Assembly: GCA_029858305.1 (NCBI GenBank)
Contig: JAOUFI010000011.1
Coordinates: forward strand, 1 to 52,345
Source of the DNA: Candidatus Thorarchaeota archaeon
Lineage (GTDB): Archaea > Asgardarchaeota > Thorarchaeia > Thorarchaeales > Thorarchaeaceae
DNA length: 52,345 bases
Direction of reading: 5' to 3'
Of the stretch, positions 18,037-27,454 are shown in pieces. Under the pieces are notes generated by a model, which searched no databases, was not told the origin of the DNA, and saw only the letters and a program-made list of their open reading frames with translations. Both the position numbers and the translations under genes were made by a program. The first letter of the stretch is position 1; every line of letters begins with the position of its first letter.

Positions 18037-19698
18037 ATGGAGCTAACAAACATGGCTACAGATGATATTAAACCGGTACCAGAATCACCAGTCCGACATG
18101 ATGATGGTGATATCTCTAGGTACCGTGTCGAGAGGTATCCAGTAAAGGAGCTCCCCTATACAACTCAGTCTATCTGTCCTGAGTGTTTCCTTTCTGATGA
18201 CGAAGTTCATGTCATTGATGCAACACTGTATGAAGATAACGGCAAGGTCATGTACAAAAAGACTTGTGAGAAGCACGGGGAGTTTATTGATGTTTATTGG
18301 GGCGATGTAGATCTATTTCGAAAAGCACAGACTTGGTGGTACAAATCTGTAGGTTTAGATAATCCACGAACCGAAACCGTGAAAGGCTGTCCTGAGGACT
18401 GTGGCCAATGTCCAGAACACAAGTCACATACAGCTTTAGCCTTGGTGGATGTGACCAACCGATGTAACCTCCGATGTCCAATTTGCTTTGCAGTTGCAGC
18501 TGAAGGCGGTACGGTCTATGAACCCGATCCACAAGAGGTCTTTGACATGCTCAAAAACCTTCGAAGTAACTTACCTGTTCCAGCTCCTGCAGTCCAGTTT
18601 GCAGGTGGTGAACCTACAGTAAGTAAGAATCTACCTCAGTATATCAAATGGGCAAAGCAACTAGGCTTCAGACATGTTCAGATTGCTAGTAATGTGATTC
18701 GAATCGGAAAGAGCAAAGAATACCTGCAAGAGTTACGCGATGCTGGTCTATCTACTATCTACATGCAATTTGATGGTGTAACTTCCGCACCGTATCTTGC
18801 TGCACGTGGAACTGATCTCCTACCATTAAAGAAACAAGCCATTCAAAATGCTCGAGAAGTCGGAATGGAATCTCTTGTTTTAGTACCCACAGTAGTACGT
18901 GGTGTCAATGACGACCAACTTGGGGATATTATCCAATTTGCAGTAGACAACCGCGATGTCATCCGATGTGTGAATTTCCAACCAGTGAGTATTACTGGTC
19001 GTATTGACCATAAGGCTCGTCATGAGATGAGAATCACTATTCCTGATGCTATTCATCTCATCGAAAAGCAGACGGGAGGAAAGATACCAGCCAGTGAGTG
19101 GTATCCTGTTCCATCAATGATGCCAGTAGGTCGAGCACTTGGTCTAATCAAGGGTGGTCCTGAACTGGAACTCAGCTCACACTTTGCATGTGGAATGTCT
19201 ACGTTCATCTTCATCGACGAGGATGGCAGCTACAAACCAATTACCGAAGTCATTGATGTTGACAAGTTTCTCGTGCTCCTTGAAGAGATTGCCAATCTAT
19301 ACGCTGATCAGAAGACAGCAGCAGGTGCACGTGCAAAAGCAAAGCTAGCTGCAGGTGCCAGACATATCAAGAAGAAGGGTATTCTAAAGGACCTCCTCAG
19401 TGCGTTCCTCAACCGTGGTGACTACGATTCTCTTGCTCAGTTTATGCGTCGTGTCATCATGCTAGGAATGATGCACTTCCAGGATCCCTACAATTTCGAT
19501 CTTGAACGTATCCAGCACTGTGATGTAAATTACGCAGTACCTGATGGTAGAATCATCCCATTCTGCACAATGAATACAATTCACAGATCACGTGTGGAGG
19601 AGAAATTCTCAAAGCCTATCGAGGAGTGGCGAAAGGGTCACAAACCAACTCAGGTAGAAGAGGACAGTATTAGCAAACCATATAAAAGTGGCCAGTAG
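18037..19698 (+). CDS. tes: Tetraether lipid synthase Tes / GDGT-MAS (radical SAM)
   Basis: N-terminal SICPEC...CEKHG metal site, GCPEDCGQCPEH, CNLRCPICF, RCVNFQPVS, HFACG, MHFQDPYNFD...C...PDGRIIPFC. Confidence 0.9.
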   Translation: MELTNMATDDIKPVPESPVRHDDGDISRYRVERYPVKELPYTTQSICPECFLSDDEVHVIDATLYEDNGKVMYKKTCEKHGEFIDVYWGDVDLFRKAQTWWYKSVGLDNPRTETVKGCPEDCGQCPEHKSHTALALVDVTNRCNLRCPICFAVAAEGGTVYEPDPQEVFDMLKNLRSNLPVPAPAVQFAGGEPTVSKNLPQYIKWAKQLGFRHVQIASNVIRIGKSKEYLQELRDAGLSTIYMQFDGVTSAPYLAARGTDLLPLKKQAIQNAREVGMESLVLVPTVVRGVNDDQLGDIIQFAVDNRDVIRCVNFQPVSITGRIDHKARHEMRITIPDAIHLIEKQTGGKIPASEWYPVPSMMPVGRALGLIKGGPELELSSHFACGMSTFIFIDEDGSYKPITEVIDVDKFLVLLEEIANLYADQKTAAGARAKAKLAAGARHIKKKGILKDLLSAFLNRGDYDSLAQFMRRVIMLGMMHFQDPYNFDLERIQHCDVNYAVPDGRIIPFCTMNTIHRSRVEEKFSKPIEEWRKGHKPTQVEEDSISKPYKSGQ

Positions 19699-19711
19699 AA
19701 ATTTGCTTAGT

Positions 19712-19757
19712 GGTGTGTGGTGTCTATTTCAAGAGCCTCACACCTCATCTCCTTTTT
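19712..19757 (+). terminator. Imperfect hairpin plus U-tract after tes
   Basis: GGTGTG(19712-19717)/CACACC(19739-19744), TTTTT at 19753-19757. Confidence 0.5.
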
Positions 19758-19821
19758 GAATCCTGATTGAAACCGCTTAATTTACATCAGTTTCTGGGAA
19801 GAATATCTTCAGCACATGATT

Positions 19822-20127
19822 CTACATTTTGAGTTCTCTTTTTATATCCCGAATGAGAAAAACAAGATATATTGAAAGAGATAGAATTGAAATCACATAT
19901 GCGATTTGGTCAATAAGCGTGAAGGCTGCATACAATCCTGGAAATGCTACTATGAAAAAACTTAGCATAAGACCAATGAAAAAAGTGAGACAGTATGAAG
20001 TAGTATAGCTTCCTCTCCTTCTTGAATACCATTCTTCCTTGTATAAAACCCAGGTAAGGAGTATGATGACAAGAGCGACTCCAACGAAGCCTTGTGCGCC
20101 AATGATGGGGCTTTCCAACTCTTGCAT
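19822..20127 (-). CDS. Small integral membrane protein (about 3 TM), hypothetical
   Basis: Three hydrophobic segments; purine-rich SD-like sequence upstream. Confidence 0.7.
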   Translation of the reverse strand: MQELESPIIGAQGFVGVALVIILLTWVLYKEEWYSRRRGSYTTSYCLTFFIGLMLSFFIVAFPGLYAAFTLIDQIAYVISILSLSIYLVFLIRDIKRELKM

Positions 20128-20516
20128 TTCGTTTCTTTCCTACTCTTCTCTAGTAAAACCAATTTGGTTAATCTCACAGCTTCTTTGGTTAATGAGCCTA
20201 ATTCTCGAACAAGTAGACAATTCGATTTAGTTTTTCTACCTGTTTTTACACCTCTCAAGTATCTAATCTCTAGTTATAGTGTGGTTATATTTTACAGGCA
20301 CTCTTTAGTTTCAGATTAATAAGATGAAAGAATAGGAAATTCGGCCATAGATATTATCCTGTCTGAAATGCCTTCTATGTCGATTTTTCACTATTATTTC
20401 ACCTTCTATAAGCAGATTTGTTTCATATACCTAGAAACTTAAACATTTTATAAACAGCCAAAGAGAATTCCTACACATAAGGAAAGTTTAATAAGCCACC
20501 TCGTTTTATGACTAAT

Positions 20517-20676
20517 GTACGGAGGGTCATGGGCACGACAACCCTCTATACAAGAAGCATAGGCGAGTGTGTGGGCTAGTTTTTCGTTACATGCCCTCAA
20601 TTACGAAACTCCCCCCTCCTACCACGATTTCCCGCATGCTCGCCACCTTTTACTAAGATGTCTAGTGATTGGAGGT
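20517..20676 (+). ncRNA. Candidate structured RNA with its own promoter
   Basis: Purine-rich BRE-like sequence plus TTTAATAA (20487-20494). 14-bp helix 20562-20575/20631-20644 with three G-U pairs, a 5' hairpin, an inner hairpin and complementary loops. GC-rich island in AT-rich DNA. Confidence 0.65.
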
Positions 20677-20766
20677 AAGCCTGATCATCTTGATTCATTT
20701 TCTGATTCTTCTACACAAGTAAACTAATATCGTTTCTATCCGTAATCCAAATAGTGTAAAGTTTCT

Positions 20767-21093
20767 ATGAGGGTGAGTCTAGCTGGAATGAGAGCAATTA
20801 GGATTCCACGACTACGTCTGTTGGTATTTGGTATAGGGTGGATTCTGTTTACTATCATACTTGAGTTTGTCAATCAAATTGTTGTACAAATTGTTATAGA
20901 TAATGTTTCTAATGATTATCCATATTTACCATATGCACCTTCATTTCTTCACGCAGTTTATGAAACGACAGGAAACTTGGGAGTAACTATCATAAAATTA
21001 TGGTTGAGCCGTGGAGTATTCTACGGTATCGGAGTTATAATCATTCTATATTGGTGTTATGCGGCAGTACGCCAGTTTAATGAAGAGCGATAA
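20767..21093 (+). CDS. Small membrane protein (about 2 TM), hypothetical
   Basis: Hydrophobic segments near both termini; AT-rich. Confidence 0.6.
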   Translation: MRVSLAGMRAIRIPRLRLLVFGIGWILFTIILEFVNQIVVQIVIDNVSNDYPYLPYAPSFLHAVYETTGNLGVTIIKLWLSRGVFYGIGVIIILYWCYAAVRQFNEER

Positions 21094-21141
21094 TCCTCCT
21101 GCCTCGCCACCTTTTTCTTGATTATCAATTCAGTACTTCTG

Positions 21142-22353
21142 CTACTCTTTATTCACAAAGTCGAAGAATTCGATAATTTCTTGGACATGATCACCTGGAA
21201 TAATGATGTGGTGATTGGCCAAAGACTCTTCAAGGAAATAATCTACAGGTTCATCCATCGCCACTCGGATTTGCGTTCTGCATGCATTCTCGTTAACAAG
21301 ATTATCAATAATGGTACCACCAGAAACCCAGTATTCACTCAAGTCCTCTCCAAACACCTTCAGGATAGTAACCTCAGAAAGAGGCAATTTACCACGCACA
21401 CCAATACTCATTCCTGTCTCAAAGTGATTTGTGATTTCATAGCCATCAGTAATGCTTGTGGATATTGTGCAATGAGCAAAGACCGCCGTGTTGAGTTCTT
21501 GATTCACACTCGCAACATTTGCCATGAATGTTGGAGAACCGGTGAGTAATCTTGCAAGAAGCATTGTGAATGTCGCTGGAATATCTCCCTCACAGCCTGC
21601 CACGAAACCTTCCATGTCATTAAGGTGCGAAAGAGAGTAACACCCTGAGATACCAGTTTCTTGCAGAAGTGAAAAGCACTGGACTGTCATCGCAGCCAAT
21701 TTCTTACTTTTGGCAAGTTCTACTAATCTCTGTGCAACAATTCCAGCTTTTTCGATTTCATTATCAGAAACGCTTTGACAATTAGCATTGGCCTTGAATG
21801 TATCAACATGCTCTAGAAACTCCTTGCTAATTTTTTCAGGAAGCCGCTTTGTCAGTTCATCTATCTGAATATCTTCAATGTCCAATCCCCACCTCTCTTT
21901 TACCCTTTGAGAATTCACATACGATGCAATCAACCAAGATGATGGTTCGCCAATAACTCCCAGTTTATTCTCTCTTAGTTGTTCTAAAATACCTAAATAT
22001 TTGGACCATCTTCTTAGTAGTGCATACAGCTGTGGCAATGGCATGTGTACAATTCTTGAAGCTATTCCTTTCCTCTGTAGGTACGAGCGTATCTCCATCG
22101 CAGCTGGAAGCGAATTTCGTTCATCATAACTGAGTAATATGATCGGTGGTTTGAGGTCCTCTGTTTCAAGAAATTTTGATACGTCGTTCTCAGTACCCCC
22201 AGTGCCAATGAAAATGTATGTAGGCTCACTTGGAGTAATCTTGCTAGTAGTAGTATGTATATTCACAGTTTCCTGTTCCAGTTCCTTCAAGACCTCTCTG
22301 CTGAGACCCTCGGGGGAAACGGATGAAAAAAATGGGACTATGTTAATAGGCAT
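21142..22353 (-). CDS. L-fucose/L-arabinose isomerase-like protein
   Basis: GTGGTE, NSLPAAME, CF...GC, AGCEGD, AHCT, CRTQ, LANHH, typical of the FucI-related C-terminal family. Confidence 0.8.
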   Translation of the reverse strand: MPINIVPFFSSVSPEGLSREVLKELEQETVNIHTTTSKITPSEPTYIFIGTGGTENDVSKFLETEDLKPPIILLSYDERNSLPAAMEIRSYLQRKGIASRIVHMPLPQLYALLRRWSKYLGILEQLRENKLGVIGEPSSWLIASYVNSQRVKERWGLDIEDIQIDELTKRLPEKISKEFLEHVDTFKANANCQSVSDNEIEKAGIVAQRLVELAKSKKLAAMTVQCFSLLQETGISGCYSLSHLNDMEGFVAGCEGDIPATFTMLLARLLTGSPTFMANVASVNQELNTAVFAHCTISTSITDGYEITNHFETGMSIGVRGKLPLSEVTILKVFGEDLSEYWVSGGTIIDNLVNENACRTQIRVAMDEPVDYFLEESLANHHIIIPGDHVQEIIEFFDFVNKE

Positions 22354-22477
22354 AATTTGATACTTGGAGCATTCTGCTATATGACTTTGGGATACTCCGA
22401 CGATGGACTACGCTTTAGGGAAACCCTATGCAATGGTTAATTAATGCAGACCGACAGTGCAACTAAGTTGATGCCCA

Positions 22478-23392
22478 ATGTCTCTTCGTGGTGAATTAGA
22501 TATATTTCATGTTGATGCCTTCACAGACAAGCCTTTCGGAGGTAATCCTGCGTCAGTTGTTTTGGGTGCTGATCGATTAGATGATGAGATGCTATACAAA
22601 ATAGCTCGCGAGATGAACACGCGAGAAACTGTTTTTGTTATGAAATCTGAGGTCGCCTCCTTTCGGTTCAGATATTTTACACCAAAAATTGAGATAGGCT
22701 TCTCAGGTCACCCTACTATCTCAGCCTATCATGCTCTTCTTAGAGAAGGCTTGATTGAAGCTGTAAAGGACATCACGATGACTAGCTTAGAAACAAAAGC
22801 CGGAATCTTAAATATTGAAATAGTAAAGAATGAATCAGCTGGTCGCCACGAAATTCAAATCACACATAGAAAACCGAGTTTCTTAGAAACCTATGATCCA
22901 AAGGATTATCTTGCTGCTCTTGGTCTTTCTTTAGCTGACTTTCAATCTCCAAATCCAATTCAGACTGTTAGTACTGGAACACCTCATCTGATTTTGCCTG
23001 TTTCTACCATGAGGTCACTTGATAGGATAAAGCCAGATTGGGAGAAACTCAAAGAACTTCAAAAGGATTCGGACTATGTATCACTAAGTGTTTTCACAAG
23101 ACAGACAAGAGAACCCACCTCTGATGCTCAAGTTCGCCATTTCGCACCTGCGCTGGGTGTTTACGAAGATCCCGTATCAGGTTCAGCGGCAGGAAGCCTA
23201 GCTAGCTATTTGATACGCTATGGTTTCATGGAAGTGACTTATCCGGTAACGAGTATCGTTATTGAACAGGGTCACTATGTAGGTCGTCCAGGACTCATAT
23301 TCGTTGAGGTGCGCGGTGATAAAGAGGGAATCGAGCAAGTCAAGGTCAGCGGCACTGGAGTTGTCATCTTCAAAGGAAAACTTTTCATTTAA
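22478..23392 (+). CDS. PhzF-family isomerase/epimerase
   Basis: VDAFTDKPFGGNPA, ETVF, RYFTP..E..FSGH, EDPVSGSA, EQG..VGRPG. Confidence 0.93.
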   Translation: MSLRGELDIFHVDAFTDKPFGGNPASVVLGADRLDDEMLYKIAREMNTRETVFVMKSEVASFRFRYFTPKIEIGFSGHPTISAYHALLREGLIEAVKDITMTSLETKAGILNIEIVKNESAGRHEIQITHRKPSFLETYDPKDYLAALGLSLADFQSPNPIQTVSTGTPHLILPVSTMRSLDRIKPDWEKLKELQKDSDYVSLSVFTRQTREPTSDAQVRHFAPALGVYEDPVSGSAAGSLASYLIRYGFMEVTYPVTSIVIEQGHYVGRPGLIFVEVRGDKEGIEQVKVSGTGVVIFKGKLFI

Positions 23393-23477
23393 ACAATCGA
23401 ATTCCGTTTGAGCTGGAAAACTGCTTTGCTCCAAACACTTATTTCAGCAAGCAAACGCAATTTTTTAATGAGCCCCT

Positions 23478-24869
23478 ATGCTAGAAACAATGACCACGGC
23501 TATTGAAAGCCTTCGTGACAAAGATGTGTCTTTTGCTGATATTCGCCATGAATCTCATGCTTCTACACAAATTAACGTAACCAATGGAATTATTCGAAGA
23601 TTCGGTAGAGCAACGAAATCTGGAACAGTGGCAAGAGCACTTGTTGGTGAATGCTGGGGAATGTCCTCAACATCTGAATCATTATCCAGTAATGTTTGCA
23701 AGAATTTGGTTTCAGAGGCAGTAAGGAGCGCAAAAGCTAATGCCCGTTTCTCAAGGAAGTCTCTTGACCTTTCGGATGTGCAACCTATTGAGAAAACAGT
23801 TTGGCAGAAGTGCCAACTAGATCCCGCTAAAGTTTCAACAGATGAAAAACTAGAGCTTGTCATGTCCCTAGACAAAGCTCAAAAAATTGATGATCGCATT
23901 GTCAATACAAACTCAGTATACAACGACTCCAAAATCGTATTTCAACTTGTGAACACAGTTGGGTCTAAGTTAGAATGGGATGAGCTTAGAATCACATCGG
24001 TTGTACAGTCAGTTGCCCGAGAAGGCAATCGCATGCAATTCGATTATGGGGTCAAGGGGGGAAGTGCAGGATACGAATTGCTGAAGTCAATCAATCCTGA
24101 AGAATTCGGTGGAAATTGTGCCAAGGGTGCTATTGAGCTATTAAGTGCTGAAAAACCGCCCTCCGGATCTATGACAGTAATTTCAGATGGTGATATTTCA
24201 GGTCTCATCGCGCATGAAGTATGCGGTCATGCAAGTGAGGCTGATGAGGTGGTCAAGAAACGATCATTCCTCACAGACATGGTCGGAGTACAAGTCGGCA
24301 CCGATCAAGTAACACTTGTAGATGATGGCACTTTAGAAGGTGTTTCAGGAAGAATACCTTTTGATTCTGAAGGCACTCCCTCTTCACGTACTATAATCAT
24401 TAAAAATGGAGTATATGAAGGATATCTACATACTCTTGAAACTGCATCCTTGATGGGCGTGTTACCGACAGGAAATGGGCGATCCCAAGACTATAATCGT
24501 CGTGTATTCGCTCGGATGACGAACACATTCTTTGATTCTGGCGACTGGAAGAATGAAGAAATAATCTCTGAAACGAAGGAAGGTCTGTATGTATTGAAGA
24601 CCTTGTCTGGAATGGAAGATGTAGTAGGTGGCGGTGTACAATGTTCTGCACTCAAGGGCTACATCATTAAGAATGGCGAGCTAACACAGCTTGTTCGTAG
24701 TATGACTCTCGCTGGAAAGGTTCTAGACATACTAAAGACCGTGGATGCTGTTGGTGACACCCTTCATTTTTCAGGTGGGGGAGCTTGTGGAAAAGGCGAA
24801 GAAGACTTCATCTCTGTATCACATGGAGGTCCACATATGCGAGCAGAGATGGTAGTTGGAGGTGGATAG
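23478..24869 (+). CDS. tldD: TldD-family metalloprotease
   Basis: Intact HEVCGHASEAD, FDSEG, TGNGR, RMTNT, and the C-terminal CGK. Confidence 0.93.
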   Translation: MLETMTTAIESLRDKDVSFADIRHESHASTQINVTNGIIRRFGRATKSGTVARALVGECWGMSSTSESLSSNVCKNLVSEAVRSAKANARFSRKSLDLSDVQPIEKTVWQKCQLDPAKVSTDEKLELVMSLDKAQKIDDRIVNTNSVYNDSKIVFQLVNTVGSKLEWDELRITSVVQSVAREGNRMQFDYGVKGGSAGYELLKSINPEEFGGNCAKGAIELLSAEKPPSGSMTVISDGDISGLIAHEVCGHASEADEVVKKRSFLTDMVGVQVGTDQVTLVDDGTLEGVSGRIPFDSEGTPSSRTIIIKNGVYEGYLHTLETASLMGVLPTGNGRSQDYNRRVFARMTNTFFDSGDWKNEEIISETKEGLYVLKTLSGMEDVVGGGVQCSALKGYIIKNGELTQLVRSMTLAGKVLDILKTVDAVGDTLHFSGGGACGKGEEDFISVSHGGPHMRAEMVVGGG

Positions 24870-24870
24870 A

Positions 24871-26232
24871 ATGAACATTGCCGATATTGCTGATAAGATT
24901 CTGTCAGTATCTGAAAAAAGCGGTGCAACTCAGGCAGAAGTCTATGCAATCCGTGTAAGGACTGCAAGTACGTATATCGATGATAATATTCCCAAGATTG
25001 GCGGGTCGATGATTGAAACTGGTTTTGGATTAAAGTACATTATTGGCAAGAAGATTGGGTTTTCTAGTTCCACACTCGCTCAAGAAAAACCTCAAGATCT
25101 TGTCGAACGAGCCATATCGCTTGCTAGAGTGAATAATGAGGATGAGAAGTTTGTATCATTACCCGAACCGAAAAAGGTGTCTGACTCAGCAGACAGGTTC
25201 CATGACAGTTCTACAGCATCAGCAGATAGTACCATCTTGATGGAGAAGGCTATGGAAGTAGTCCAGGGGGCATCCTGTGACAACGTTACAGTACCAAATG
25301 GTTCTCTACGAACAAGTTCAGCCACTTTCCATATACGAAACTCACTGGGAGTTGATGTGGGCTCAAAGGGAACCATTGCATTTGGTTTCTTCACAGCTAA
25401 ATCTGAAGATAATGGTAGTGTGGGTGAGGGGGTTCAACGATGCTGGAGCAGAGAAATCAACTCTATAGATTATCATGGTCTTGGTCAAATGTTGAAAGAG
25501 CAAGCGCTAAGTATGTTAAAGGCCAAACCATTCAAAGAAAAATGGGAAGACTCAGTTGCTGTTCTAGCGCCAAGTGAAGGAACAGAAATGGTCTATAATC
25601 TAATTGGATTTGCTGTATCCGGGGAAAATGTGAATAAAAGGTCCAGTCCTTGGTCAGATAAAATGGGAGAAAAAGTCGCCAGCGAGAATATCACAGTCAT
25701 CGATAATGGTCTTTCTGAGAGAGGTCTCCTCAGCAGTATTGTAGATGATGAAGGTGTTCCAACTCAGAAAACGACAATTTTAGAGAATGGTATCCTGCGA
25801 TCATATATATTTGATAGTTACAACGCCAACCAGCTTGAATTGCAATCCACAGGCAATGGAATCCGCAGAACAGCTCGAGAACTTGCTGGAAGATTTTCCT
25901 CACCTGCGGTCTGTGCAGGAACGACAATGGAAGTAAGACCAGGGACAAAATCTGTTGATGATATCATTGGCGAGATAAAACAAGGTATCTATGTTGAGCA
26001 TTTCGCATGGCCAATTGTGGATGCCATGTCTGGTAACTTTTCAAATGAGATAAGGAATGCTCGTATAATCGAAAATGGTGAATTGGGCAATCCTATCAAA
26101 TATGCACTCTGGGTGGGCAATCTGTATGAATCAATAAAAGGTAGTGTTCTGGTTGCTAATAATCCCGAGATTCATGATAAAAGAGTAATGCCCACTATAG
26201 CATTTCCAAATACTGAAATCGTCGGTCAATAA
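24871..26232 (+). CDS. pmbA: PmbA/TldE-family protein
   Basis: DDEGVP, STGN, SGNFS; no HExxxH; directly follows tldD. ATG at 24871. Confidence 0.9.
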   Translation: MNIADIADKILSVSEKSGATQAEVYAIRVRTASTYIDDNIPKIGGSMIETGFGLKYIIGKKIGFSSSTLAQEKPQDLVERAISLARVNNEDEKFVSLPEPKKVSDSADRFHDSSTASADSTILMEKAMEVVQGASCDNVTVPNGSLRTSSATFHIRNSLGVDVGSKGTIAFGFFTAKSEDNGSVGEGVQRCWSREINSIDYHGLGQMLKEQALSMLKAKPFKEKWEDSVAVLAPSEGTEMVYNLIGFAVSGENVNKRSSPWSDKMGEKVASENITVIDNGLSERGLLSSIVDDEGVPTQKTTILENGILRSYIFDSYNANQLELQSTGNGIRRTARELAGRFSSPAVCAGTTMEVRPGTKSVDDIIGEIKQGIYVEHFAWPIVDAMSGNFSNEIRNARIIENGELGNPIKYALWVGNLYESIKGSVLVANNPEIHDKRVMPTIAFPNTEIVGQ

Positions 26233-26374
26233 CTGCAATTCGCAATGGGAATATTGTCCATTACTAACAATCACCCTTGATTCGTTAATCTTTGAACATT
26301 TCATCGACGATTTCAGAAACGCTAAAAAGGTAGGTCTATGCCTCACCATATATCGCTACAGGAGAGGTATTTAC

Positions 26375-27454
26375 TTGTCATTTGAAGAGATTATCAAAAC
26401 AGAGATTGCAGCTGTGAATAGAGCTCTTGAGGACTTTCTTGACTCAAGAATTGAGAACGCAAAGAAACTTGGACCATCTCATGTTCAATATTATACCTAC
26501 ATCAAGGAGTACATGATGAGAGGTGGCAAGCGATTTAGACCTATCGCAGTTGTTATTGCATACAAGGCTATTGGCGGTGACCTTCCTCCAGAGAGTTATT
26601 ACAGAACTGCCTGTTCTGTTGAAATTCTACACAATGCATCTCTTCTTCATGATGACCTGATTGATCATGATGAAACTCGCCGAGGCGGCCCAACTTTTCA
26701 TGCCCGATATCGAGAATGGTACAAGAAGAGTGTTTCTCCTAATCTAGAGAAGGCAAGCCATTTTGGAATGACTGCTGCCATTCTTGGGGGTGACACGTTA
26801 ATGAATCTAGGCTCTGTGGCGATAACAGAATCAAAGCTAGATTCGGATATTGGAATAGCCTGCCTAGTAAACTATCAGAAGAGTTTCAGTGAGCTTGTAG
26901 AAGGTGTCCTCCTCGAGATGACAATGGTCAAGGATCGAAAGGCCACTCCTGAGATGTACCTTGAGATGATCAGGATGAAAACAGCTGTTCTCCTTGAGAA
27001 GTCTTTATTGATTGGTGGATCTATGGCGAGAGGATCTGAATCTCAGATGAGGGCTCTTAGTGAATATGGAGTAAAGATTGGTCAAGCATTTCAAATACAA
27101 GATGATATTCTGGGCTCTTTTGGAGATGAATCAGTCACAGGGAAAGCATCGGATGGCGATATTCGTGAAGGCAAAAAGACCATGCTTGTAATCGAAGCAT
27201 TGCGATTAGGTACGGCTAAACAAAAGAAGATCTTGAACGAGTTACTCGGTAGCGATAAGATTACAGACGAAGAAGTCGAGAAGGTTCGTGCAACATTTCG
27301 CGAGGCTGGTGCCCTTGAGTCCGCAGAAAAGATAATGAGTCGTCTTCTTCATGAGGGACAGGCGGCTCTTGATAAGGCAAATCCTCCATTCAAAGAACCG
27401 TATAAGCGTTTTCTACTTGATATGTCCGAATTCTTAGTAAAGAGAGACTACTGA
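26375..27454 (+). CDS. Polyprenyl diphosphate synthase (geranylgeranyl diphosphate synthase-like)
   Basis: GGKRFRP, LHDDLIDHDETRRG (FARM), KTA, FQIQDD (SARM), GK..GDIREGK. Confidence 0.93.
   Translation: MSFEEIIKTEIAAVNRALEDFLDSRIENAKKLGPSHVQYYTYIKEYMMRGGKRFRPIAVVIAYKAIGGDLPPESYYRTACSVEILHNASLLHDDLIDHDETRRGGPTFHARYREWYKKSVSPNLEKASHFGMTAAILGGDTLMNLGSVAITESKLDSDIGIACLVNYQKSFSELVEGVLLEMTMVKDRKATPEMYLEMIRMKTAVLLEKSLLIGGSMARGSESQMRALSEYGVKIGQAFQIQDDILGSFGDESVTGKASDGDIREGKKTMLVIEALRLGTAKQKKILNELLGSDKITDEEVEKVRATFREAGALESAEKIMSRLLHEGQAALDKANPPFKEPYKRFLLDMSEFLVKRDY

Noticed and set aside
20517-20651. SRP RNA, RNase P RNA or cobalamin riboswitch interpretation
   Set aside because: Too short, and lacks the SRP helix 8, RNase P P4 and B12-box motifs.
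21142-26232. PhzF + TldD/PmbA + isomerase as a RiPP or phenazine cluster
   Set aside because: No precursor peptide, YcaO or other phz genes; these are common housekeeping families.
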